From Marsupella aquatica (lineage: Eukaryota > Plantae > Marchantiophyta), in contig OZ316892.1 in assembly GCA_973895155.1 (NCBI GenBank), positions 24,947,233 to 25,011,232 of the forward strand: a DNA stretch of 64,000 nucleotides, in the 5' to 3' direction. The stretch's first letter is position 1. Each line of letters begins with the position of its first letter. A program made the position numbers and the translations under genes. Below the pieces are notes generated by a model that was given only the letters and a program-made list of their open reading frames with translations, was not told the origin of the DNA and searched no databases. Shown here piece by piece: positions 47,387 to 60,005 of this stretch.

Positions 47387-49129
47387 ATGGAGCAAGGGGC
47401 GGATCCAGCCGGAATGTCCACTTCTCACGTCTCTAAGGGGCATTCAACCTCAACATCACCTACACCTACTCCGGTTAAAGCCCCTGTGAGACGATCGAAG
47501 AGAAAGGAGGTCCCTATTGCCATGAAAATTCTGAGGCCAGCTATTCCGGACAGTGAAGCTGAGAAGGTCAAACTGAGGGAGTCTTTGCTCAGGATGGGCT
47601 GTGAGTCTCTGATGGAGCTACCCTGAAGTTATCAAAGCGAAGATATGATCAGAGAGATCCGATCCAAGGAGTGTCCGGTTGAGTTTAAGGATACCTCCAG
47701 AGGCCGACCTGAGCGATGGACTCAGATGATGATTGCAGGAGCTTTTGTATTGGAAGATGAAGGAGAAGGTCCAGTGGGGAGAGCTGTCAACCTAATCCTT
47801 CCTTACTTCAAAGGAGCCATCAACAATAAGGACGGGTTCAATGTTTCTAAGTGTTTGGATCCTGATCTGAGACGAGTCTTCAGCTTTTTGCTACCCCTGC
47901 TGTACCCTGAGAAGCCAAGAAGAGTTATTGTTGGAGTTGGCTCTACCATTGTTGCTGCTTACAAAGGAGAAAGAAAAGTCAACTGGGCTAAGCTTATCTT
48001 TGATTTGATAAGGAAGTTGGTACAAAACCTATCCAACAAGAGTCCTACTCCCCTCTCCTGCTACCTGGTACATCTATATAGCTTTGAAGGAGTTTTGTTT
48101 AGAGAGGAGAAGAAATTACTATTGGCCAAGTTCAACTTCATAAAGTATGGAGAGACAGATCCAGATATCACCCAGGCCACCTCTGATGACAGTGAGGATG
48201 AGGAACCAACAGAGACAAATCCTTGAAAGACCCGGTCTGCTGCCCGGAACCTCGACCCGGACTTTGCCGACCCGGCCTTCGTCAACCCGACTGAATTTCT
48301 GGATGCACCCGGCCATGCCTCCCTAGACACCCTAGCTGATTTCCAGATCATCTCAGACACATTCCAGAAGGTGAAGAGGAAGACCACTATGATGGAGAAG
48401 GCCATCACTGATATTTCTCAGAAGTTAGGAGTAAAACCAGGGCAGATTCTTGAGAAGATCTCCACCATGAGTGATGCCACAGATAAGAGGAAGTTGGAGA
48501 AGGAGAATGAGTTCCTCAAGCAGAAGGTATCTGAACTCAAACAACAGTTGGAAAGGAGTAAGAAGAAGAATGAGCTTGAGCATACTCTCCAACTCAATAT
48601 CACTCCATCTTTGGATCTGATTGAGCCTTTGACTAAGATAGCTTCTCTGGATCTTCTTAAGGCCCAAATTTATGATGAGTATTTGGCCAAGAACACCACA
48701 TCCATCCTTTTCTCCAAGATTAACCATTTAGTGGTAGATGTGAGTACCAAGGTGGATGATGCACTTACAGGCCTCTCAAAGACCTGTGAAGCCTTAAGGG
48801 AGATGAGTGACTTGACTACTGAGGAGCTATTAGCTGATACTGAGATTCCTCCCTTTACTACCAGATCTTTCTCTCGTAGTCCTCATGAAGGAGTCTATTC
48901 CACTGGCCTCTCATCACCCCTCAACCCTCCTGGTTTCCCCACTCCCAGTACACACTTCCACTCCCATTCTTACACTTATTCTCATGACCCAAGTGCCCAT
49001 CAGGAGAACATGGATATTGACCCGTCCATCCCTTTTACCACTGGCCAGCAGGGAGTTTTCCTTCGACCAGAACCCCTTGCCATGGCTAACCCTGAGGAGG
49101 TTCCTTCCCAAAAGCTAGGACCAGAATAG
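47387..49129 (+). pseudogene. ~580-codon accessory ORF of element X, two in-frame TGA stops
   Basis: ORFs at 47246, 47645 and 48371 share one frame; GRPERWT..DG..C.D..RVFSFLLPLLYPEKP..VNWA..TPLSCYLVHLY followed by coiled coil. Confidence 0.6.
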
Positions 49130-51483
49130 AGTTATATTTAGAGAGTTAGAGCTACATTAGTTTAGACTTAGAAATAGCTATCTAGATTAGTATATGAGTA
49201 AGTAGACTCCAGTATTTTGTTGATGTATCCATTGGAGACTCTACTCCATTTTTGACTAGGATAGTTCACTTTTATTTACATATTTCTTTAGACTTGGGTT
49301 TTGAAGAGGCATGTCTTTTCATAATCTCCACTTTTAGTACAAAAGGAGGAGAACCCAAAGTCAACCTGGAGAGAGAAAACATACATTTTGATTTCCTCAT
49401 TGCCTCTGAAGGAATCTATGTCTTTTCTTCCCTTCTTTTTACCATGGTTGAGTAAAAGGAAGAAGTGTAATGCAGTAGATTAGTTGGAAATGATGGAAAA
49501 TTTATGAATTTTGAACTTTTTCTAACTCAAAGGTGTAATATAGCTACCTTTTGTAACAATTTAGATTAACTGAATACTTTACCTGATGTTATGCTTCATC
49601 GGAGGCTATTGCCTCTATTGGACAAGGATCGCCATATAAATCCTTGCTCCTTGCATGCTACCAAGAAAGAAGACTGGACATCATTGGAGAAGCAATGCAG
49701 ACTAGAAGATTCAAGAACCGGACTCCAAAGCACTTCATAAAAAATGAGCTGTGTGCAATTACCACGATCAGCCGATCTCTGATATTTTAGTTAAATAGTT
49801 CTCATGGTCAGAAAAGTTTCATACTTTTTCAGGAGGTAGTCATTACGAAGTAGAATCATCCCTGAAAGTTTCAGCTCAAGCCGACTTATAGCTAGGAAGT
49901 TAAAAATGTTTGAATCTGCTAAGTTTTTGCTGCACCGCGATTACGTCTTTACGATTTTTCGATTTTACGAGTTTACGCTTTTACGGGTTTACGTGTATAC
50001 GTGTTTATGCCTTCAACACTTAGAATTTTTTCCGATTTTCTGTAGTTCTTTATTTCCGGTACTTTTTGGTATTTTATTGAAGTACCTAAACACCTCAGAA
50101 AAGTCTGAGATTTTACCAGCATGAAGACTATACCTAAGAGAATACTCTGGGAACGTTTCATCTCAAACTGATATTTGGTTTAGAAACTAAAATTAGGACA
50201 AAGCCACTATTCATTAGTTTTACCGTAATGTCACTTTTACATTAGTTCACATTTGCAATACCTTTTGGTTAGTTTTATATACCAGGAACCCTCATGTGAC
50301 CCTTAGATACTACTGTAACATACCTTTATTATTTTTACTTTAGTTCAAGAACCCTTGAGGCATGAAAGGGCATGTCCTTTCATTTTCTCTCTCCTTGGGT
50401 TTCTACCAGCCTATATAAAGTAGAATTTATGTCATTTGAAATGTGAAAGAATTATGTAAGCACTATGTTACAAATTTGCAGCATGACAAGGCTTCACTTT
50501 GTAGAGAGAAACTCTGTATTTGCATGAGTGATTAATACAAAAGAATTCTTTCCCCTTCCTTGTGTTTGAATGTTGGAGATCAAACCAGAGAAGTAAAACC
50601 TTGTGAAACCTTGTGAAGTGATGAAATCTTTTGAATGTATGGAGATAGATTCCTTAATTGGTGAAGGCTATACATTCCTAAGTTCTTGATGCATAAGTTT
50701 TTGGCATGACATTGCTTTTGCACGGGATGCAAAGAATGTTATTGACCAATTACCTATGACTTTAGTTTGACGATGATGATGTTCATTATTCGTGACTCGG
50801 AGTACCGACTGGATGCTGAAGTGATTGGTTATTAATCCTAACTGAGTACCTTGGAAGGAAAGGTTAAGATATGTTGACGGCATTTTAATAATCATCCTAG
50901 TAAAGTATTTCATTCCAGAAATGTTCTTACGAATTTGTCACCTTAAATCATCACAAATTAAGTGTTGTTGAGGAGTTACCTTGGTCTGTTCGAGACTCCC
51001 TCATCATACCTCAAGATTTTATTGTGTTTTGTTAATTTATTCCATTTTGTTAATCGTATTTATAATGTTAAGCAAACATTTAAATCTATGCCTTGCTGAG
51101 CATCCATAGTAAAAGGCTCACCTTTGTGTTTTCGACACCTTAGTCATTCATAAGTGTTAATTGATAGAAAACCATTCCCAACATGTTCTTCCATGGGAAC
51201 GAATACCGAGTTTTGGGCATTAAATGTTGATTTATGTCCTTAATGCAATACTACAAGAAGTTTTAGCAACCCTTGAGTTGTTGTGAAGTGTTCAATGAAT
51301 GCTAGAGTGTGCCTTAATGATATTGAAAGATCAATGAGATTTGTGATCAATACATTTGGAAGATTCACCAAAGAGGAAATTGACATTTGCATAAAACTCA
51401 AACAAGCAATCTTAAGGATTGTAGGAGAAGTAAACCAATTCGAGTATCCTAATACCGTCTTAAGCAAGACCAGAAAAGTGTCC

Positions 51484-51866
51484 ACGTTGCTCATACCCTC
51501 CTTAGGTCGATCGTCGGTATCTATTCTCTCCCCGAGTGCTTGCCTAAGCAGCTGACAGTAGTTGGCCTCCCATAGTCGTCTGCCTAGTTTGTGCTCGCAA
51601 ATGAGCCACCATCTCCTGCAAGCGCTCCTTACCCCTCTCCTCTGCCGGTCCTTCTTCCCGTTGATCCTTCCTAGCCGCCGACGCTTAACGCGCCCTAACC
51701 CTAATCGGGTTTTCACCCTCAGCCTTACCTCCGGCCTCTGGCCGGGTTCCATGGTTGCCCCTAATTGTTTATATTTTCCTTGTTTTGTCCCTATACTAAG
51801 GTGTTCCTAGGGTGCCTTCCTGCTTTACCCACTTAACCGGCCGAGTGATTCCTGTCTAGGCATCAC
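51484..51866 (-). repeat. Truncated 3' LTR (family Y) following PPT TGGGGAGCTA
   Basis: Begins TGTGATGCCTAG on the minus strand at 51866; homologous to 57896-57715 plus 46517-46314. Confidence 0.85.
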
Positions 51867-54800
51867 ATAGCTCCCCACTTAATTGTGAAGCGTCCTCGCG
51901 AACAACTTCATCTTCGTCCATATAGTATTTCTTGAGGCGGTCATAATGGATGCGAACTGGATATACCTCTCCCGTAATGTTGGCCAATTGTACGGTGCCA
52001 TTGGGAAACATCATGGTTACTCTAAAGGGTCCTAACCAGCGAGTGTAAAGCTTTCCTGGAAACCTACTATACCTATTGTCATAAAGTAGCACAAGATCAC
52101 CGGTATGAATACTAACTACTTTTAACCTTTTATCATACTGCTGCTTCATGATATTCTGTCTATATTCTACTCTCTCGGCTGAAATCATTCTCACTTCCTC
52201 TAAAGCTTCTAACCTATATTCTCGCTCCTTTAGGCTCTCCTCTGCTGAGGCTCTTTCCTCAATTGTAACTTGAAATGTCGGTATCTCAAGTTGCATGGGT
52301 ACCAGGGCTTCTTGTCCAAAGGTTAAGAAGAAGGGTGTATGACCGGTAGTGGATTTATAGGCAAGATTGTAAGCAAAAACAGCAGCAAACAATTTATCAT
52401 CCCAATCGAGTTTGTTCTGAGCTACTGTCTTGTTCAATATCTTTCCTATGATTCCGTTTGCTCGTTCTGTCAACCCGTTTGCCTTTGGATGGTAGGGAGT
52501 AGTAGGCCTATGTTTAACTAAATACTGCTCATTTAAACGACTAATTATATCATTCAAAAAATGGGTTCCTCTATCACTAACTAATTCTAGGGGTGCTCCA
52601 TACCTGGTGAAGATCTGCTCATACATGAATCTAGCCGTAGTAATTGCATCATCCTTCGTTGTTGGTCTGGCCTCTACCCATTTAGTTGCATAATCCGTAG
52701 CCAGGATTATGTACTTGTTCCGTCGAGGGTGGGTCAGTGGTTTCAGAGGTCCAATGTAATCAATACCCCACTTCTCGAATGGTGCCAGAGGTAGAATAGG
52801 GTGCAGTGGATGCCTGGTGGACGCCCTTGGTCCTCCCGCTCGTTGACAAGGATCGCATTGTTTGATAAACTGATAGACATCTTTGTGCAAGGTGGGCCAC
52901 CAGTAACCGGCATTTAATATCTTCTTAGACGTGGTTACTGGGGCAAAATGTCCTCCAGCCTCCTCTCCATGCATGGCCCGTAGGACTCGTTTTACCTCTC
53001 TCTTTTCCAAACATCTTTGAATCGTGCCGTTGATTCCATGCTTGTGCAGTATGCCTTTAATGCACTGATACTGTCTGACCTTCCGCACAAAGACTGCGGC
53101 TTGCTCTCGGCTTAATCCTGGCTGTAATCTGGAAGTGCTGAGAAATTGTAAAATCTCAGGGTACCATGTACCAGCTATTTCCACAACGAATATCTCCTCG
53201 TCGGGGAATCGATCATCGATGCAATCCGTGGCAGGTTTACCTGTGATCCTTGAAAAGAAGTCGGCATTGGCATGTAACTTTCCCGGCTTGATCCTCAGCT
53301 CATAGTCAAACTCCTGTAATAGCAAAATCCATCTTGCTACTCTGCCTGTAAGGTCCGGCTTATTGACTAGGTACTTCAAACTTTCATGATCAGTATGAAA
53401 GATTACCTTGTACCCTAGTAAATAATGCCTAAACTTTTTACAAGAATAAATGACTCCTAATGCTTCTCTTTCCATGGTAGAGTAGTTTCGTTCGGCATCG
53501 GCAAGCTGACGGCTTGCGAAGTATATGGGATGGTCCCTTCCTTTCTCATCCAACTGACTTAGTACTGAGCCAATACAGAAGCCCGAGACATCTACAAAAA
53601 CATGAAAATCTTTGTTCCAGTCCGGTGCTATCATGACTGGGGCCTCTACTAACATCTGCTTCAATTCTACCACCGCTGTGACTCGTTCGGGTGTGGGTTC
53701 GAAGTCTGCTCCTGCCTTGAGCATATTGGTTAATGGTAAAGCCAGCTTGGCAAAATCCTTGATGAACCGGCGATAGTAACCAATGCATCCCAAGAAGGAT
53801 CTTACATCCTTTATGTTCTTAGGTTGCATGATATCTAGCCATACTGCTAGCTTACCTTTGTCAATCTCAATGCCCTTCCTTGATACCTTGTGACCTAGTA
53901 GCACCCCCTCGGTTACTGCAAAAAAACATTTATCTGGGTGTAACTTGAGACCCACCTCTCTACATCTCATGAAGGTTTTCCTGAGGTATTTAGCATGTTT
54001 CGATGCCTTCCCGAATACTGCAAAGTCATCAATGAAGATTTCCATGAACTTTCTCAAGTAATCATGAAAAATGTTCACCATTAATCGTTGGAACATAGCT
54101 GGTGCGTTGCAGAGTCCAAACGGCATACGATTGAAGACATAGATCCCCCATTCCGTGATGAAGGCCGTCTTGATTTGGTCTTCCTGCCGAATCCTGATTT
54201 GGTTATAACCAGAGTATCCATCCATGAATGAATATAGTTCATGACTGGCTACCATGTCTAGTACCATATCAGTAAACGGTAAAGGAAAATGGTCTTTTAA
54301 TGTTGCTTCATTCAGCTTCCTGTAATCCTGACAAACCCGGATCTTGGGTTTACCATCGGGTCCAGCTTTCTTGGGAACTATCACAATTGAAGACACCCAG
54401 TCTAAATGCAGGACTGGAGTGATGAATCCAGCTTCCACTAGTTTGTCGATTTCTGTTTTGACCAGCAGGGAATACTTCGGGTTCATCCTTCGAATTGGTT
54501 GTCGAAATGATTTGGCTCCTAACATGAGATCAATTCGATGTTCCCCTAGTGTTGGATCTACTCCCTTTAGATCTTGGTGACTCCATGCAAACACATCCTG
54601 AAATTCAATCAATAAGTCACTGATCTCTTTCTCGAGCTCAGGTGCTAGGTTTCTCCCTAAGTTCAGTTCTCTTCCCTCTCCTAAGTCGAGCTTCCGATAT
54701 TGCCGTGCTTGGATCATATTAATCTGCTTCTTCAAATTCGGGTCCAGTTCGGCTTCCAGTCTCTCTAATCTCATACCTCCATAAACTGGGATCTCGGCTG

Positions 54801-55122
54801 GACTAGCCGAGTCGGTCCCTTCCTTGGTGTCCATAGATTGTCCCCTTACCGGTCTATTCGGTTTTGAATTAGTGGTCGGCTCCCCTTCCTGCCTTGGCTC
54901 TGGATCGTGTCTGTCCATCTCATCCACTTCTTGCTCCTGAGAGTTAGGCCGCTGTGCTCTCTCGGCTTCTAATAGGGCCTCAATTTGTTCTGCCCTCGTA
55001 ATCGGCTTGTATGCCGATCCCTTGGTATTTAATTCCTTGCCGATGATCGATGGCGTTGTGGACCCCGTCGGCTCTGCCACAACGCCTGCAGAAAATCCAC
55101 TGTCCCTGCTACTGCTCCCCAC
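51856..55122 (-). CDS. Ty3/Gypsy pol (RT - RNase H - integrase), non-chromovirus Athila/Tat-like
   Basis: 1088-aa ORF: RVCQDYRKLN, KDHFPLPF, MDGYSGYNQI, MPFGLCNAP, FIDD, TDHESLKYL, H..GGH..CDPCQ, WGIDYIGP, SDRGTHF, NGLTER, WLGPFRV. No chromodomain. Confidence 0.93.
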   Translation of the reverse strand: MGSSSRDSGFSAGVVAEPTGSTTPSIIGKELNTKGSAYKPITRAEQIEALLEAERAQRPNSQEQEVDEMDRHDPEPRQEGEPTTNSKPNRPVRGQSMDTKEGTDSASPAEIPVYGGMRLERLEAELDPNLKKQINMIQARQYRKLDLGEGRELNLGRNLAPELEKEISDLLIEFQDVFAWSHQDLKGVDPTLGEHRIDLMLGAKSFRQPIRRMNPKYSLLVKTEIDKLVEAGFITPVLHLDWVSSIVIVPKKAGPDGKPKIRVCQDYRKLNEATLKDHFPLPFTDMVLDMVASHELYSFMDGYSGYNQIRIRQEDQIKTAFITEWGIYVFNRMPFGLCNAPAMFQRLMVNIFHDYLRKFMEIFIDDFAVFGKASKHAKYLRKTFMRCREVGLKLHPDKCFFAVTEGVLLGHKVSRKGIEIDKGKLAVWLDIMQPKNIKDVRSFLGCIGYYRRFIKDFAKLALPLTNMLKAGADFEPTPERVTAVVELKQMLVEAPVMIAPDWNKDFHVFVDVSGFCIGSVLSQLDEKGRDHPIYFASRQLADAERNYSTMEREALGVIYSCKKFRHYLLGYKVIFHTDHESLKYLVNKPDLTGRVARWILLLQEFDYELRIKPGKLHANADFFSRITGKPATDCIDDRFPDEEIFVVEIAGTWYPEILQFLSTSRLQPGLSREQAAVFVRKVRQYQCIKGILHKHGINGTIQRCLEKREVKRVLRAMHGEEAGGHFAPVTTSKKILNAGYWWPTLHKDVYQFIKQCDPCQRAGGPRASTRHPLHPILPLAPFEKWGIDYIGPLKPLTHPRRNKYIILATDYATKWVEARPTTKDDAITTARFMYEQIFTRYGAPLELVSDRGTHFLNDIISRLNEQYLVKHRPTTPYHPKANGLTERANGIIGKILNKTVAQNKLDWDDKLFAAVFAYNLAYKSTTGHTPFFLTFGQEALVPMQLEIPTFQVTIEERASAEESLKEREYRLEALEEVRMISAERVEYRQNIMKQQYDKRLKVVSIHTGDLVLLYDNRYSRFPGKLYTRWLGPFRVTMMFPNGTVQLANITGEVYPVRIHYDRLKKYYMDEDEVVREDASQLSGELCDA

Positions 55123-57059
55123 TTAGCCGTTTCATCCAATTGGTCTACATCCTTTACTTCCTCCGGAATTGCAGCTAAAAAGGTGGATTCTATTGTAAAG
55201 CAGTCCTCGACCTCTTCGTCTTCTTCTTCCAAGTCACCTTCCATTGGTTCTTGCCATAATCCGCTGGGGGGTACCTCTGGTCCAAAGACACCTTCTTCGG
55301 TTAGGTTAGTGAGGCATTCTAACCAACGTACTTCATCGGCTGACTCCAGTCCACTGTCGTACCCATCTACTTCCCTTATGCTTTTCCTACGGTCATCCTT
55401 AGTGTCCCAGGATACCGTGACAGAGGGGGTCCCGAAAGTGAACTGCTTTTTACCCCAATCTTCTATTACCTCGGCTAGGTACAGCCATGGCCTACCAATC
55501 AATAGCCGGAATGACGTAGGATTTACCGGCTTCATTACTACATAGTTAATGCTAAAGAAGATACCTCCTATCTCTGTCTTGATGCCGGTTAACACTCCCG
55601 TCGGAATGACCTGATATCCATTGGCCATGTTCAACACTCTTCCAGTCATCTCCGGTGTTAGACCCCACCCTTTTGCTGTTGAATCAATCATAATACATAC
55701 CCCTGATCCTCCATCGATGGGTACCCGTAGTAATAATTCTCCTTGAATCATTAATGGTAATGCTGGGGCTCCTTGATCTTCTTCTATCATTAGTACGTCG
55801 GATCTGGTTGCTACCTTGGGTAATCTCGGCTTGCCGAGAATAGCCTTCCTTAATTGCTTCCGGAAGTACGGGCTATTTTTCAATAGTTGACCTACTGTTG
55901 CCGAGACTCTAGATTCTAGTACATCTTTAGCCAGGTCATAGGGAACAATCGGCTTCTCTTCTGGTGGTGTTTCCGTCTTGGATTCGGCCAGTTTTGCCAC
56001 GCTAGTCTCCACAGCTGTTGGGTCTTCCGAAGCAAACAATGCTTTTGCTCGTTTTACATCCTTGGCAATGGCTTCGGTATTCTCCAGGGTTTCTAATTCT
56101 CTTAGTTGTTCCTTAACACTAGCCGTAACAGAGGGGTAGAACAACTTAGGATGATCTCGATTGAAGTCGCTATCTTGTGAAGGATTGGTTTCACTGGTGG
56201 GCTCATGGCTTACCTGTATTGCCGGAGCCCTCCCTTCTCCTTCTGTTGATGTTGACGAAGAGTCGATCCTTTCCTCCGTAACCTTCCCTTTATTTTTGGC
56301 CAGCCCATCCCACCTTTCCTTCCTTCTGGTAGATCGAGTAGAGACCCGGTAGCAATCATGATCTAAATCCTCCTCTGAGAAGGTTGATAGGGCTTCGGCC
56401 TCATCATCAGATGGTACGAACTCTGCCTCGGCATCCTCTTGCCATCCTAGTTCGATGTGGTTGATTTGAACTCCTCCGGGGGTAGTACCTGGCGGTAAGA
56501 TCTTGATCGGCAAAAGCTTATGATTTGCGGCCAGGCCTGCCAACCAAGTAGGACATTGCCCTAGCATATGACCTTCCTGTCGGCATCCCATACATAGCTG
56601 AGCTGGTTGTCCATCACCCTGTTTGCGTGCATTCGGGCATTCTCTAGCAAAATGGCCAGGTTGACCACAATTATAGCACGCCGCAAATATTTGCACATTC
56701 GGCCTAGGAGGTACTGACGGGTTCTGAATAATCCGAGGATACATCTCTCCTGGATTGTTCCTTAACCCTGACCACAGAGATGCAGGTCTGTTGGATAGGT
56801 CTCGTGCTCCAGTCTCACTGATGCCGAAAACACTATCAACGGCATCTCCCAAAAAGTACTCTACTTCTCCCTGACATGGTCTGATCTCGGCCACATGCCG
56901 AACATGATTAGTATTAAGCTTAGGACACGCATCTTTATGGTGTCCGGTTTTATAACATAAGGCACACCATACAGAGCTATCCTCCTGTACTACCTTCTTC
57001 TTTGGTTTTACCTCTGCAATGATAGCCTGTTGATTTACATTGTTGTCTTCTAAATTCAA
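55029..57059 (-). pseudogene. 5'-truncated gag (three CCHC knuckles) + aspartic protease
   Basis: CALCYKTGHHKDAC, CYNCGQPGHFAREC, CMGCRQEGHMLGQC; IDGGSG catalytic motif and LLIGRPWL. Shifted relative to pol near 55100. Confidence 0.88.
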
Positions 57060-57177
57060 GAGATGGAGATGAGTTGCTACGAGAAATCAAAAAGCATAGA
57101 AAATGTTGATTTCTGAATCTTAAATTAGGTCATAATCCTTATTGAAGGAGTGGTGATGGTCAGAAATTCAATTCCCT

Positions 57178-57423
57178 CTCGGGGGGGGTCACTATATGAA
57201 GGGTCATACATCACGTGCGACGGTTTGGGTCATTTATGACCCCCCTAAGTCACTTTCTATAAAGTTGTACGGCACCAATCATGTGATGACACGTATGCAT
57301 TTTGTAATTAAACAACCCTATGTTTCCATAGAAGACTTAATAAGTCTTCCGCCAAAACCATTTAAATGGCCCTATACTTCGTCGCACATGATATGCCACT
57401 TCCATGGAAGTGACCCCCCCGAG
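57178..57423. mobile_element. 246-bp MITE with G-rich TIRs
   Basis: TIR CTCGGGGGGGGTCACT / AGTGACCCCCCCGAG and 8-bp TSD AATTCCCT (57170-57177, 57424-57431). Confidence 0.88.
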
Positions 57424-60005
57424 AATTCCCTTGCACTTTGAAAACTCCTATCTACTCTCTCTCTAGTTTCAATCTTTGTTAATTCTAGTCTTTATTATTG
57501 CACTGTGAATCCTAAGGAATACCCACTTGAGTTTGTGGTTAAACACTTATGTTAAGGAGATCATTAGAAATCTCTCCAACCTAAGAATGTTGGTGTAAAC
57601 TTCTCAAATCATGTTAATTAGGTCTTTTTGATCTTATCCACTCCTAACCGGAACGAAATCGAGTTGTTAAGGAGTAAATAGTCATTTATCTCTTTATCAC
57701 CTTGCTACACTTAGCGCGCCCTAACCCTAATCGTGTTCTCTCCCCCGACGTCCTTACTTCCAGCCTCGGCCGGGTTCCATAGTCACCCTTAATTCTTTAT
57801 ATTTTCCTTGTTTTTGTTCCTATACTAAGGTGTTTCCAAGGTACACTCTTGCTTTACCATGTAAACCGGGCTAGTGATTCCTGGCTAGGCATCACATGTT
57901 TGACTCATACTATGATGAACACAACCATTAACTAACCGCAGTGAGCATTGTCTTTTCACAATATAATGGAGTTCAATTTTGGGGGGTTAACTTAGTGTAT
58001 ATTTTTGGGTACCACATGCGATCCTAGCCTAATATAATACACCATTAATTAGTATTGGTTGTTATCGCGGGTTTTGCCATAATGCATGATTGCCCTTACA
58101 TGGCCAATGGACTCATACTAATGCTACGACTTCTCGCAAATTGAGATAAATTTGATCATAAGTTGAGAAAGAAACTATTCCAAAACAAATCTCTATTTTT
58201 AATATGAATCATCTATTTTACTTTGAGTTTTAGTTCTAAAAGGTATTTATTAGAGAATATTAATTCTTTAAATGGGAGTTTATAATGTATTCTTTTTGCC
58301 TCCTGCATTCTTTTGAAATTGGATTATTTCTATCAAGAATACATATTCTGAATCACATGGTTCCTAAAATTTTTTATAGTCAACCCCCTGAGTGTTCAAT
58401 ATGTCAATTACACCTTGGTTTGGTCAATTTCATTGGTACTTTGCTTTCTGTGATGAAATTGCTTCCATTTTGGATGTCTTAGTTTCTACTTGCATCTTTG
58501 TATTTTCCGATTGAATGTGGCATGGATGTGGCTTGTCATAAATTAGTTTCAAAATCTATCGCGAACCAGAAGTAGGATTCAAGAACCATGCAAAACATCA
58601 TGAATAGAGGTAGTGAAAAACCTCAAATCCTTCATTCAAAAATAAAGCCTTGTATTGAGATGCCTACAAGGCTGAATTGACGAGTGAGACACCCGGTGAC
58701 TGAGACAGAATGAAAAATGAAATTGGGCATGAAATGTTTCAATTGCAGGACCTCCTCCAAACTAAAATGAGTCATCTAGAGGTCAATTGGTTCATTGGAA
58801 CTCGTTGGCATTGCAGTGGGTGGACGATCTTATCTCGGGTCTTATCTAGATAAATCAACAAAAAAATGTTATTTAAGATATTACTAAAGGTGTCAATCTC
58901 CCCAAAACGAAAGTAAGTGCAGTAGCTTGTCTTGTCAAGTTTCCCTTCTAAAGAAAGATTTTTGATGTTAAGAAAAATAATTAATCGTTATCTTGGCTAA
59001 TGTTTAAAACAAGAAAAAATTGGTAATAGCCAAAACCAGGAGACACGGATTCAAAAGGCAAAAGACCCAATAAAGGGAGGGAATGGGAAAGACCCAAATG
59101 AGCCCAAGAAGAATACCAAAGAGGCCAACAAGCCCAGGAGGGCCCCACAACAACCAAAGAACAAAAAGCCCACTAATTGAGAAGTTGAGTTGACTAATAC
59201 TCTACTTGGCAAAGAACTAAAAGCCTGGTAGAGCTCCTGAGTAAACTGTCTAGCTGGGTCACAAAGTGAAGTTGTCTAAGGCTCTAAAACCAACTCGGCT
59301 CTATGGAGAATAGCTGAGGTCTGAGCTCTGTAATTAAAGTGCAACGGACATCCTCTGACTGAAGCTGGGAGGACAAAAATAGGAGGATAAGCTAGCTTAT
59401 GGCCTTTGCTTGATACAGAAAACTACACAACCCCAAAGAATTGGTCAAATCTAGAGTGGAGAGCACCAAAGACCTCTAAAGCACAAGGGTAGACAATACC
59501 CCCGAGGCAACAAACTGCTTAGACCTCCTCCTTTAGCTGGGTTGCCTTGGTTGCAACATAGTCAGGCACATGGACGGCCTAGTAAAAATCAAGTCTACCC
59601 TACCCCCCCCCCCCCCAACACACACACACACACACACAAAACAACCAGGAACACCAACTCAGGGTGGAAGGACATGTTGCTCCAAAGCAACATGGTATCC
59701 CTAGCTTATCCAAACTTCTGGCCAAAGTTGCCATCCTGCATCAACATTTTCTTGGACCCACATTTTCTGGGGCACTTGACAGGAGAAGTGATCTTAGCAA
59801 AGCAAACAAGTCAGTGGCCACATATCCCTTTACAAGACCACATAGGCACTCAAGTACTTAGGAATGCAACCAGCTGGAACTAGGCAAATCCTTACCCAAT
59901 TATAAGCATACAAGACAAGTACTTTGTGCCAAAGATTGGACCACCTGTAGGTGGAGTCCAAAGTCTAGTCTGTGGCCACGTAGGGATGTTTCAATGACAT
60001 GGGTC

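Larger units (their letters stand above)
46518..57709 (+). mobile_element. LTR-type insertion 'X' (TG...CA; probably a large solo LTR or deleted element) inside LTR Y
   Basis: 5-bp TSD CTTAG (46513-46517, 57710-57714). Removal gives GATGCTTAG-CGCGCCCTAACCC, matching the uninterrupted paralog near 51680. Confidence 0.82.
41931..57896 (-). mobile_element. Giant solo LTR 'Y' (~4.8 kb: 41931-46517 plus 57715-57896) with nested insertion
   Basis: Minus-strand ends TGTGATGC...GCACCACA (7/8 inverted) and TSD TGTTT (41926-41930, 57897-57901). Its first ~380 bp match the LTR start that follows the PPT of the gag-pol fragment at 51866. Confidence 0.85.

Noticed and set aside
59040-59960. Possible minus-strand LINE 3' remnant
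   Set aside because: Composition is suggestive but I could not read a convincing zf-RVT motif.
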